In this document: in pieces, positions 8,345-16,855 of the stretch | Layout: each line of letters opens with the position of its first letter | Position numbering within the stretch: position 1 is the stretch's first letter | Virus record (IMG/VR): IMGVR_UViG_3300034069_000599 | Coordinates: 1-39,044 of that record | Direction: 5' to 3' (one strand) | From: a virus | Length of the DNA: 39,044 nt | The notes under the pieces: model-generated | The model's input: only the letters and a program-made list of their open reading frames with translations | What the model was told of the DNA's origin: nothing | The model's database searches: none | Translations under genes and position numbers: made by a program

Positions 8345-11300
8345 TGGCGGCGAGTGGAGAGCTTAAGGAGCGTATCCAGCTTTTACAGGCGGCAAAGGCG
8401 CGCGCCGACGCTGTAGGCAAGTCGTTAAGGCCGGATGCGCAGCGAGAGCTTGACAGCTATCGCGACCAAGGGCTGCTTGGCGCGAACACCGGGGGACACA
8501 ACGGCTCTGGTGCCAAGCCAACCGAAGGACAGGCCAAGGCGGTTGGCTTTTTGACGCGTGCGCTCGGCGCTAACGAGCAGTTCGAGAAAGGCAATGTTGC
8601 GCCGCGTGGCGTGGTTGCGCAGGGCGTCGTGGACGTGCTGCCCACCAGCGTTGCGAACAGCATGACCAGCGACGAGCGACAGGTATCGGAAAACGCTCAA
8701 CGCGATTTCGTGACTGCCACGCTCCGTCAAGAATCCGGCGCGGCGATCAGCGCGGGTGAGTATGATAATCAGCGGCAGACGTTCTTCCCTCAGCCGGGAG
8801 ACGGCCAAGCTGTTATCAAGGCAAAGGCAGCTGCACGCAGGCGTGCCGTTCAAGGGCTGATTGCTGCCGCCGGCCCCGTCGTGGGCGACGACCTGAAATC
8901 GCAATATGCCGATTACTTTCCACAGTCCCACGCGAAAGGAGGTGATCCAACATCTGGTGCGCCGGGGGCAGGCGATGGAAGCGTCCCGCCCCCGGACGGC
9001 CCCGGCCGCGCACCTCCCGGCACTGAACTCAAGTTCAACGACGAGCTGCCCGACCAGGTGCATAACGCGGTCACGTTCACCGACCAGCAGAAAGCGTCGA
9101 TTGCGGCGCTGGTGCAGTCGGGAGCAAGCGCCGATCAGTTGAACGCCCTGTATCGCAGCTATGGCACGAAAGGCCTTAGCGACGAGCAATGGGCTCCGAT
9201 CATCAAGTTCTACAGCGACCCCAAGAACCGCGACAAGGCTCCGGTGGTCGGCGACGTGGACAACGCGGTCAAGCCGGTCGACGCAGGTGACGGTGCGGCG
9301 GGCGCGTTCGCGCGTGGTGTCGGCAATGCAGGAACGCTGGGCTTTCTGGACGAGGCCGGCGCGGTTGCCGATACGGTGTTGCGCGGTGGGACCTATGCGG
9401 AGAATCTGGACACCCGCCGAGGTCAGGAACTGTTCGACCAACAGCAGCATGGGGTTGCTCGTTTTGGTGGACAAGTCCTAGGCGGATTGCCGGCAGGCGG
9501 GATTGAGTTCGCAGGTGCCAGGGCGGCGGCGCGAACCGCTGGTGTTGCGGCGTTGCGAGGCGGCTTGTCGCGCGAAGTAGCGTTGATGCAGGCCAATCGC
9601 GCCTTTGCCATGCGCTCGGCGCTTGAGGGTGCGGGACTAGGCGCTGCCTACGGCTTCGGTAACGCCGAAGGGGGGCTTGGGGATCGGGTTGCCGGCGGGC
9701 TTGAGGGTGGTGCGTTCGGCGGCGTTGTCGGTGGCGCCTTGCCTCTGGCGGGCGGGGCCGTCGCTAACAAGCGGGCGCTTGCGGCAATCGCCGCCAGAAC
9801 GGCCGAGCCAAGCGAAAGCGCGCAACTCGCGCAAGCGGCGGAAGAGCAGGGTATCCGGCTGCTTCCTCAAGATGTGGCGAACGGTCCCGGCATCGGCCGC
9901 GCGACCGCCGGTGCGGCACAGACGCCATTCGGAACAAATACGGTCCGCGCTCGGGCGAACGAAGCGTATGACAGCTTTCGTGATCGGGTAAGCCAGCTTG
10001 CCGGCGGTCCACGGCAGTCACTGGCGGAAGTGGGTGGTCCGATTCGGGATGCATCCGCAAAGCAGGCCAGCCGCAACCTCGACAGGGCATCGCGGGATAG
10101 TCAGGTAGTTGTGGACCAGCTCGGTCCATCTCCCGATATTACGGGAGCTGGGCAGTTGATCCAGCGCGGGGCAAGCAAGTGGTTGCGCGATTCGAGCGAA
10201 AAGGCGACCAAGCTTTACGATCGCATCGACATACCGAGCAACTTTGATGCCAAGCTGGATAACACACGTTCGGCGCTCAAGGAAATCACAACCGGGTTTG
10301 AAAGCAACAAGGCATTGTCGGGCTTGTGGGTTGAGAACCCGCGCCTCAAGGCCACGTTGGAGGCACTGACACCTTCGCAGAACGAAGAAGGGCAGCAGGT
10401 CGGCGGCAACCTCGCATGGGCAGACCTGAAGCGCTTCCGGTCGATTATCGGCGAAATCGTGGGTCGCCCTGGGCTAGAGGCGGATGGCAACCAGATCGCG
10501 GCACTTCGCAAGCTGTATGGCGGTGTAAGCGAGGACATGCGGCAAACCGCTCAGGCGGCAGGTGGCAACGCATATAACCAGTTCACCCGCGCCAACGGCT
10601 ATTTCGCGGCGCGTGCGAATCGCGTTCGGGACACTGTGTCTAAAATTCTTGGCGATGACACGAACGCCACGGCCGGCGAGGCATATGGTGCGGTAGAAAG
10701 CGCCCTGAAGGATAGCGCGAGCGGTGATCCTGGTTTCGCGCGTCGGGCATTGGCACAGCTTCCCGAGGAGGATGCCAACGCCGTGCGATCAGCGATCGTC
10801 ACCCGGGCGCGTGGTGGCGCTGCGTTCGATCCAAAGAGGCTCGCGTCATCTTGGGCGGGCATTTCCGAACGCGGCAAGTCCATTCTACTGCCTAAGTCCG
10901 GTCTGCGCAGCATCATGGATGATGCCGCCGAGCGGGCCGCCTCATCTGCGCATGATCCGCTTGAAGGGAAAAGCAGCGAACAGGTGTATCTTGCGCTTGA
11001 GCGGGCTGCCGAAACGAAGGGCAATAGTGCCTCGCTGGCGAAGACCCTCAACGGCCTGTCTCCCGAAGAAGCGCAGGCCGTGAGAACCTTGTTCGTGCAT
11101 AGGCTGGGACTGTCGGCGGCGGGAGCGCAGAACGCGGAGGGTGACGCGTTTTCTGCCGCCCGATTCCTGACACGATGGAACACGATGACGCCCGAAAGCC
11201 GTGCGACCCTGTTCGGTAACGGCAAGTTGCGCGACGACCTCACAACCGTCGCCAAACTTGCCGAACGCGTCAAGGCGTCGGAGAGGCTGGCGGGGCACAG

Positions 11301-11709
11301 CAACACGGGTGCCGTGAACAGCTTCAACGCGACGACGGGAGGCCTCGGCGGGGCCGCGATTGCTTTCCTCACGGGACACCCCGTCGTTGCGGCAGGGCTG
11401 GCCCTTCCCGCCGCTTACCAGCGGGTCAGCGCCGAGGTGCTGACCTCGCCTCGCTTGCTGAATTGGCTGGCACGCGCGCCGAAAAAGCCCAACCTCGCGG
11501 CTCAACGAGCGCATATTCGCGTCCTGTCGTCCATCGCGAAGTCCGAACCGGCTATCGCGCAAGACGTGCTAAGCCTACAGCGTCGACTATCCGATGCGTT
11601 CGCCGCCGCACCCGCCCGGCTAGCCGCGCAAGAACGCGACAACAGCGGCGGTGTAGCTAATGGGCAGGCAGGCCAAGACCAGCCCCCAAGCAAGCAGTTT
11701 CAGCCATGA
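8344..11709 (+). CDS. Large internal virion (DNA-ejection) protein, 1121 aa
   Basis: TAATG junction. It is the largest gene in the window and sits immediately before the tailspike, like P22 gene 16 and 20. Gly-rich hydrophobic segments are present (GAGLGAAYGFGN...GGAFGGVVGGALPLAGG and GGLGGAAIAFLTGHPVVAAGLALPAAY). No lysozyme or transglycosylase motif recognised. Confidence 0.55.
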   Translation: MAASGELKERIQLLQAAKARADAVGKSLRPDAQRELDSYRDQGLLGANTGGHNGSGAKPTEGQAKAVGFLTRALGANEQFEKGNVAPRGVVAQGVVDVLPTSVANSMTSDERQVSENAQRDFVTATLRQESGAAISAGEYDNQRQTFFPQPGDGQAVIKAKAAARRRAVQGLIAAAGPVVGDDLKSQYADYFPQSHAKGGDPTSGAPGAGDGSVPPPDGPGRAPPGTELKFNDELPDQVHNAVTFTDQQKASIAALVQSGASADQLNALYRSYGTKGLSDEQWAPIIKFYSDPKNRDKAPVVGDVDNAVKPVDAGDGAAGAFARGVGNAGTLGFLDEAGAVADTVLRGGTYAENLDTRRGQELFDQQQHGVARFGGQVLGGLPAGGIEFAGARAAARTAGVAALRGGLSREVALMQANRAFAMRSALEGAGLGAAYGFGNAEGGLGDRVAGGLEGGAFGGVVGGALPLAGGAVANKRALAAIAARTAEPSESAQLAQAAEEQGIRLLPQDVANGPGIGRATAGAAQTPFGTNTVRARANEAYDSFRDRVSQLAGGPRQSLAEVGGPIRDASAKQASRNLDRASRDSQVVVDQLGPSPDITGAGQLIQRGASKWLRDSSEKATKLYDRIDIPSNFDAKLDNTRSALKEITTGFESNKALSGLWVENPRLKATLEALTPSQNEEGQQVGGNLAWADLKRFRSIIGEIVGRPGLEADGNQIAALRKLYGGVSEDMRQTAQAAGGNAYNQFTRANGYFAARANRVRDTVSKILGDDTNATAGEAYGAVESALKDSASGDPGFARRALAQLPEEDANAVRSAIVTRARGGAAFDPKRLASSWAGISERGKSILLPKSGLRSIMDDAAERAASSAHDPLEGKSSEQVYLALERAAETKGNSASLAKTLNGLSPEEAQAVRTLFVHRLGLSAAGAQNAEGDAFSAARFLTRWNTMTPESRATLFGNGKLRDDLTTVAKLAERVKASERLAGHSNTGAVNSFNATTGGLGGAAIAFLTGHPVVAAGLALPAAYQRVSAEVLTSPRLLNWLARAPKKPNLAAQRAHIRVLSSIAKSEPAIAQDVLSLQRRLSDAFAAAPARLAAQERDNSGGVANGQAGQDQPPSKQFQP

Positions 11710-11733
11710 GCGCATTTGGAGGTCATAGCCGCA

Positions 11734-14001
11734 ATGGCTGATATGCACTATCAGGTTTTCGTCAACACGGACGCGACCGCCCTTGAGGGTGGCCAAGTGT
11801 ATCTGGGTGCGGCGAACACCGATCCCGAAAGCAATCCCATTCCCGTGTTCTGGGATGTGGCGCTGACCATCCCGGCCGCTCAACCGCTGCGAACCTCGGG
11901 CGGCGTGATCGTTCGCGATGGAACACCATCTGACGTGTTCGCCGGCACGCAGGCCTATTCCATTCGGGTTCGCGATCGTGCCGGCCGTGTCGTCTGGTAT
12001 AAGCCGGTGACCGGTGGCACGTCGAATACCACGCGGCTGACCTTCCCTATTCCGACCGGACCCGCGAGCGATGTTCCCGGCCCGGCAGACAACACCTATT
12101 CGGACCTTACGTCATTCAAGGCGTCCGATGTGCAGCGCAAGACGGCAACGCTGGTCGGTGTCAGTGGCGTGGCGGACGGACGATTCAACTGGACGCTGGG
12201 AGATTATACGGCCCTGGTAGACGACCAGAACGTCATTAAGGCGAACAGCACGTCCGCTGGCGTGGGCGCGTGGATTCGCCAAGCGGCGAAAGGGCTGACG
12301 TATGGCCGAAACAGTCTGCCACGACCTCTGGACGCGTCGTTGCCGGTCACGCTGTCTTATCTCGGCGTGCCGAACAGCACCGGCGACGTCTCGGCCAAGC
12401 TGTTCCAAGCGCTGGCCGATGCGAACGGCGACCCGGCTATCAAGGGCGTCGTGGCGGATGCGAACGCGCTGTATCGTAAGGATGGGCCGCTCGCCCTGAA
12501 CGGCATACAGTTCGACGGACAGGGCTGCACGTTCACGCAGCTGTCGACCGGCGACTGCGCGATTCGGCTGTTCGGTGACGGCGCGGCACTGCGCAACGTG
12601 CGGCACCTGGGCGGGGGCACCGGGCGGGCGAACGGCGAGCCGGCATTGCAGGGCGTGTATGTCGATTTCGCCACCAGGTTCGCGATCGAGAACGTTTCCC
12701 TTGATGGTGCCGACGCGACCAAGAACTTTCCCAGCGGCGGCTTCCAGCTGGCCGGCGCCATGGACGGCTCCATGCGCAACCTGTCCGTGAAGGGAGCGTT
12801 CGCCGACGCTTTTCACTTCACGCGCGGAAGCCGGCGTGTTCGTGGCTACAATCTGTCGGCGGTCGCCTGCGGTGACGACGTGCTGGGCTTTGCCGGCTAT
12901 GTGGCCGACAACACCATCCCCCGCGACATCACCATCTTTGGCGTCGAGGGGCGTGACTGCCGCGCGCGCGGTGTGGCGATGTTCGGGAGCAAGAATATCG
13001 CGGTGTACAGTCCGCGCTTCTATGGCACGACGGGCCCGGCCGTGTTGATCGGCACCGAGGTCGGACAGTTCGCCAGCAACGGCAACGAAAACTGCCACGT
13101 TTACGACCTTTACGCCGAAAACTGCGTCACGGGCACCGGCCAGGACTCCAACTACACCGCAGCCGTTGTCACCATGTTCGGTCAATCCGGCGATGCACAG
13201 GTTGATGGAGTGACGTTCTCCAAAAGCATTGTCGATTGCGGCGTGACCGGTCGCGTAGAAGGTGCCGGCGTTCGCGCGATCAGCGGGCTCGACTATAACA
13301 ACGAGTTCGTGAACAGGCCGCAATTCAACTTGACGTTCAAAAATCTGCTCAATTCGACGTTCAAGATGAACGCGGTGTTGGCCGGGGGCACCAACGGTTG
13401 CGGCTACTTCAGCGGTGACAACATCGGCGGTTTGCTGTTCAGCGGTTTGGCGGGGATGCGCGGGACACACAGCTATGACCTGTATGGCAACGGCATCCGT
13501 GTGCAGAACCCTGCCAACTCCTCAGCGATTAAGTTCGAGGGCTCTGACCAGATGGAGGGCTGCACCATTCGCGGCGCCATCCAGAACACGCAGGGCGACT
13601 TCATCGCCACGTTCACTTCGAAGGCCGATCAGGTCCGATACAGAAACTTCGCTTTCAACGGCGCGCTGAAGTCCCACGATTTCGCGGCAACCGTGCTGAC
13701 GCTGCAGAACGGATGGACGGGCGGGCCGGAATTTTCTGGGAACCTGGCACTTGCCCTACGCAAGGGAAACAATTTCGTCTCGGTTCAGGCTCACGTGCTG
13801 GGTGGAACGATAACGGCGGGCACAGTGATTACCAACCTGCCGGCAGGTATTCGTCCGGCTGGCCGGATTCGGGTGCTCGTCGCGACCAACAGCGGCGTCG
13901 GCACCGTCGACATCAACACGGACGGGAACGTCGCGATCGCGGCTGTCCCGGCCGGCACCACCGACATTTATCTCACGAACATCGAGTTCGTGGCGAGCTA
14001 G
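11734..14001 (+). CDS. Tailspike: P22 gp9-like head-binding N-domain plus a right-handed beta-helix receptor-binding/depolymerase body
   Basis: GGQVYLGAANTDPESNPIPVFWD...QPLRTSGG matches recalled P22 gp9 [25 protein letters not shown]...QPLIINAAG. The central part has repetitive N/G/V-rich coils typical of pectate-lyase-fold spikes. GGAGG lies 11 nt before ATG 11734. Confidence 0.85.
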   Translation: MADMHYQVFVNTDATALEGGQVYLGAANTDPESNPIPVFWDVALTIPAAQPLRTSGGVIVRDGTPSDVFAGTQAYSIRVRDRAGRVVWYKPVTGGTSNTTRLTFPIPTGPASDVPGPADNTYSDLTSFKASDVQRKTATLVGVSGVADGRFNWTLGDYTALVDDQNVIKANSTSAGVGAWIRQAAKGLTYGRNSLPRPLDASLPVTLSYLGVPNSTGDVSAKLFQALADANGDPAIKGVVADANALYRKDGPLALNGIQFDGQGCTFTQLSTGDCAIRLFGDGAALRNVRHLGGGTGRANGEPALQGVYVDFATRFAIENVSLDGADATKNFPSGGFQLAGAMDGSMRNLSVKGAFADAFHFTRGSRRVRGYNLSAVACGDDVLGFAGYVADNTIPRDITIFGVEGRDCRARGVAMFGSKNIAVYSPRFYGTTGPAVLIGTEVGQFASNGNENCHVYDLYAENCVTGTGQDSNYTAAVVTMFGQSGDAQVDGVTFSKSIVDCGVTGRVEGAGVRAISGLDYNNEFVNRPQFNLTFKNLLNSTFKMNAVLAGGTNGCGYFSGDNIGGLLFSGLAGMRGTHSYDLYGNGIRVQNPANSSAIKFEGSDQMEGCTIRGAIQNTQGDFIATFTSKADQVRYRNFAFNGALKSHDFAATVLTLQNGWTGGPEFSGNLALALRKGNNFVSVQAHVLGGTITAGTVITNLPAGIRPAGRIRVLVATNSGVGTVDINTDGNVAIAAVPAGTTDIYLTNIEFVAS

Positions 14002-14014
14002 CGGGAGCGATCGG

Positions 14015-14248
14015 ATGAACGACACGTCCGGATGGATCGATCACGACGGCGGGGTATGTCCCGTTGCCAGCGATACGACAGTCAATATTCGCATGCGGAA
14101 CGGGCAGGAGTTGACGCAAGTACCAGCCGGCGCTTTCGCGTGGGATTGGGCACCAAGTGGAGACCGCACGGACCCCGCGCTTGACGTGGTTCAGTATGCG
14201 AAGTGGCAGGCGCCTAGTTCGGCGGCTCAGGCGTGGCAAACTCGGTGA
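14015..14248 (+). CDS. Hypothetical protein (77 aa)
   Basis: GGGAG lies upstream of ATG 14015. High GC3. Confidence 0.55.
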   Translation: MNDTSGWIDHDGGVCPVASDTTVNIRMRNGQELTQVPAGAFAWDWAPSGDRTDPALDVVQYAKWQAPSSAAQAWQTR

Positions 14249-14311
14249 CGCGGGCTGTGCGGCTTGATATGAAGACTTGCGACCCGGCGCTTTCCGGGGA
14301 TGGAGAATGAC

Positions 14312-14458
14312 ATGCAGGATCACGAAAAGAAGCCGCCTGAGGATGATGCGCTGATCGGCGACGTGCCGATGCAGACTAACGACCTCGGCGACACGAACGA
14401 CGAGGATGATAGCGGCGGGCACGGCCCCAGCGAACCCCCGCCTCCGCCTCGTAAGTAA
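14312..14458 (+). CDS. Small acidic hypothetical protein (48 aa), below the ORF-track cutoff
   Basis: GGAG lies 6 nt upstream of ATG 14312. The stop TAA is followed directly by the next ATG at 14459. Translation: MQDHEKKPPEDDALIGDVPMQTNDLGDTNDEDDSGGHGPSEPPPPPRK. Confidence 0.4.
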   Translation: MQDHEKKPPEDDALIGDVPMQTNDLGDTNDEDDSGGHGPSEPPPPPRK

Positions 14459-14977
14459 ATGTCGGGAGAGCAGCTTCTATATTTTGGTCTGTGCGTGGCG
14501 AGCCTGTTGTTCGCCGCGCACGTTCCCGCAATGCAGCGCGCGCCAGCTATCGCGTCGGCAACTGCAATTCTGACTAATTGGGCGTTCGGTCAATGGACCT
14601 ACGCCCCCGCTGCACCGCAGAACCTTATCTTTTACAGCACGGGTTTCTACCTTCAGCCTTATCAGATGTGGGCGGCAGTTGATTGTGCGGCAACAATGGT
14701 TGCGATCATCGCTGGCCGGCGTTGGTGGTGGGGATGGGCGCTGTTATGGCTCGGCATGGCTTGGCAGGTGCTTCACACGCTTAGGGATTATGGGTTGCTT
14801 TCGGGCGCTCCCTATCTCGCTTGGCTTGATGCCGTTCTGCTGGGTCATATTGCCGTGTTCGTTGTCATAGGCGAGAAAGGGATGCGTGATGCCGTTAGGG
14901 TGCATGCTAGCGTTGGTGTTCGTGGGGTGGTGTCTCGCCGCGCCCTATCTAAAGTGCCGCAAGAAGTAACGCCGTGA
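14459..14977 (+). CDS. Polytopic membrane protein (172 aa, about 5-6 TM segments)
   Basis: Hydrophobic stretches LLYFGLCVASLLFAA, AIASATAILTNWAF, MWAAVDCAATMVAIIAG, WWWGWALLWLGMAW and YLAWLDAVLLGHIAVFVVIG. Sits between tailspike and lysis genes. Confidence 0.65.
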   Translation: MSGEQLLYFGLCVASLLFAAHVPAMQRAPAIASATAILTNWAFGQWTYAPAAPQNLIFYSTGFYLQPYQMWAAVDCAATMVAIIAGRRWWWGWALLWLGMAWQVLHTLRDYGLLSGAPYLAWLDAVLLGHIAVFVVIGEKGMRDAVRVHASVGVRGVVSRRALSKVPQEVTP

Positions 14978-15291
14978 ACGAGAGTCAAGCGTCGCGCTGG
15001 GCATGGATCGCGATGGCGGCAGTGGCAGGCGCAATCACCGCTCTCTCTCTCATGGATTGGCAGAAAATGTCATGGCAATTACGAGCCATGACGGTTTTTG
15101 TCGGAACTGCGTTTGCTATCTTTGCGGTGCCTTTGCTGGTGTCCAGCATAGCGCCTTTTGACAACATGAAGCTCAAAATCGCGTGTGGTGCCACATATTT
15201 CGGGGGCACGTTTTCAAACTTAGCAATTCCGGCAATCTGGAAGTGGATAACAAAAAAGTACGGCCTAGAAAGCGGCGAGGTGAAGGGATGA
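14974..15291 (+). CDS. Membrane protein (105 aa, about 3 TM segments). Holin candidate.
   Basis: GTGA overlap. TM segments WAWIAMAAVAGAITALSL, AMTVFVGTAFAIFAVPLLVSSI and ATYFGGTFSNLAIPAIW, with a basic C-terminus. Lies two genes upstream of the endolysin. Confidence 0.5.
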   Translation: MNESQASRWAWIAMAAVAGAITALSLMDWQKMSWQLRAMTVFVGTAFAIFAVPLLVSSIAPFDNMKLKIACGATYFGGTFSNLAIPAIWKWITKKYGLESGEVKG

Positions 15292-15644
15292 CCTTCTTGC
15301 AGATTATGGCGGTCCTCAACGCTGCCGCCTGTATTTCGCTAACCGTCCTTGTGACCGGCACAATGATGGCGTTTCGCGACCAGTTTATTTGGGTTGAGCG
15401 ACTAGGCATAGGTTTGATGGGAGGATCGTCTTTTCTGACGATCGCTCCGCTTGTTGATCTGAGTCGTGATGGAACGCCGTTCGATGCATGGCCGTCCTTT
15501 CTGCTGAAAATAGGATGCATTATGTTGTTCTCGGGCAGGCTGTATCGCTTGCTGCGGCATGAACAGGCAAATATTTTGCAAAAAAGGTTCGCCGCCGAGC
15601 ATTTGGCGGCGCGCGGCAAAGCTCCAATAAAGGAGGTCGAATGA
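15288..15644 (+). CDS. Membrane protein (118 aa, about 3-4 TM segments). Holin or antiholin candidate.
   Basis: ATGA overlaps at both ends (ATG 15288/TGA 15289-91 and ATG 15641/TGA 15642-44). TM segments are followed by a charged C-terminal tail. Lies immediately upstream of the endolysin. Confidence 0.5.
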   Translation: MTFLQIMAVLNAAACISLTVLVTGTMMAFRDQFIWVERLGIGLMGGSSFLTIAPLVDLSRDGTPFDAWPSFLLKIGCIMLFSGRLYRLLRHEQANILQKRFAAEHLAARGKAPIKEVE

Positions 15645-16165
15645 ACATCGACGAAATTCTTACCAACGTTCTCACCAACGAGGGCGGTTACGTCAACGAC
15701 CCCCGCGATTCTGGTGGGGAGACGAACTACGGCATCACGAAAGCTGTAGCGCGAGCGGCCGGGTACACGGGCGCGATGCATGACCTACCCAAGGCGACTG
15801 CGCTGGAAATCTACCGTGGGCAGTACGTCATCAAGCCGGGGTTCGGGCTAGTCGGCAACGTGTCGGGGCCCGTCGCGGCCGAACTGGTTGACACGGGCGT
15901 CAACATGGGCCCGGCGGTCGCGACCGGGTTCCTGCAACGCGCGCTCAACCTGCTTACCGACGTGCACCTTGTCGTGGATGGCCAATGCGGCCCCACGACG
16001 ATCGGGGCGCTTAAGGGGTTCATGACGGCACGTGGCAAGGAAGGCGAGCGACGACTGCTATCGTTGCTCAACGCGTTTCAGGGCGAGCGCTATGCTTCGC
16101 TGGCGGAAGGGCGGTCGGCGAACCGGGCGTTCATCTATGGGTGGCTGGCGAGGATCGCAGCGTGA
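15641..16165 (+). CDS. Endolysin, GH108 muramidase domain plus C-terminal peptidoglycan-binding (PG_binding_3-type) domain
   Basis: The N-terminal EGGYVNDPRDSGGETNYGIT is the GH108 signature with the catalytic Glu. VDGQCGPTTIGAL is typical of the associated PG-binding domain. AGGAGG lies upstream. No signal or SAR segment. Confidence 0.9.
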   Translation: MNIDEILTNVLTNEGGYVNDPRDSGGETNYGITKAVARAAGYTGAMHDLPKATALEIYRGQYVIKPGFGLVGNVSGPVAAELVDTGVNMGPAVATGFLQRALNLLTDVHLVVDGQCGPTTIGALKGFMTARGKEGERRLLSLLNAFQGERYASLAEGRSANRAFIYGWLARIAA

Positions 16166-16389
16166 ACGACGAGCGCCACAACCTGATCGCGTTCTGCACC
16201 CTGGTCGCCGCCATCTGCTACCTCGCGACAGTCGCGGCTCTGCTAGCCGCGCGAGGCAAGTATGCTGAGGCGCTGGGCTTCGGAGGGCTCACGACCGGCC
16301 TTGTCGGCGTGCTGGGAACGTTCAAGCCGAAGTCCGCCACGGCGACCGTTCAGAACGCCGATACCGTCAACCAAGGAACCCCGTCATGA
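16162..16389 (+). CDS. Small membrane protein (75 aa, 2 TM segments). Class II holin-like or lysis accessory protein.
   Basis: GTGA overlap with the endolysin stop. TM segments LIAFCTLVAAICYLATVAALLAA and LGFGGLTTGLVGVLGTF. Confidence 0.5.
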   Translation: MNDERHNLIAFCTLVAAICYLATVAALLAARGKYAEALGFGGLTTGLVGVLGTFKPKSATATVQNADTVNQGTPS

Positions 16390-16691
16390 CCGCAGAACAG
16401 TTCGCCTATTGGATGCAGGGATTTGCTGAACTGACGGGTGAAGAGGTGCCGACGTCGGGGCAGTGGAGGTCTATTCGGGAGCACCTGCAAACTGTATTCA
16501 TGAAGGTCACGCCGCCATTGCAGAATTCTCAACCCGCCGTGAACGACCCGAGCACGGTGCCGCCACTCCGGCCAAATTATCCGCCGTATGATTGGCAGCG
16601 TCCGGCAATATATGATGGTCGACCGCTGATCGCAACATGCATCGCCTCTCCCAACCAGTCTCAAACCACCTGTCAGGAACCCACCGCATGA
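16386..16691 (+). CDS. Hypothetical soluble protein (101 aa)
   Basis: ATGA overlaps on both sides. No TM segment or lipobox at the N-terminus. Confidence 0.6.
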   Translation: MTAEQFAYWMQGFAELTGEEVPTSGQWRSIREHLQTVFMKVTPPLQNSQPAVNDPSTVPPLRPNYPPYDWQRPAIYDGRPLIATCIASPNQSQTTCQEPTA

Positions 16692-16855
16692 ACCTCCGGC
16701 CTATCCTCCGCATCCTCGCTCCTGTCGCGAAACAGGTCGCCGTTACCGTCGCAACCGGCGTGGTGGTGAACGCCGCTGCCCATGCGGCCGGCAAGGGCGG
16801 GATTAAGGGTGTGATTGCTGGCGCGCTGGCGGAAGAGTTGGGGAAGAGGGGCTAG
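16688..16855 (+). CDS. Small cationic hydrophobic peptide (55 aa), last gene of the late operon
   Basis: ATGA overlap (ATG 16688). Translation: MNLRPILRILAPVAKQVAVTVATGVVVNAAAHAAGKGGIKGVIAGALAEELGKRG. Net positive charge, no Cys. Confidence 0.5.
   Translation: MNLRPILRILAPVAKQVAVTVATGVVVNAAAHAAGKGGIKGVIAGALAEELGKRG

Noticed and set aside
8425-13470. Long minus-strand ORFs (8425-9474, 10599-11372, 10942-11562, 12112-13470) inside the ejection-protein and tailspike genes
   Set aside because: Low-complexity Arg-rich translations with no SD or coupling, lying opposite genes with positional or motif support. These are high-GC stop-codon-depletion artefacts.
13973-14422. 149-aa minus-strand ORF spanning the tailspike end and the two small plus-strand genes
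   Set aside because: It runs opposite the late operon direction and has an Arg/Leu-rich translation. The plus-strand ORFs have SDs (GGGAG, GGAG) and fit the operon.
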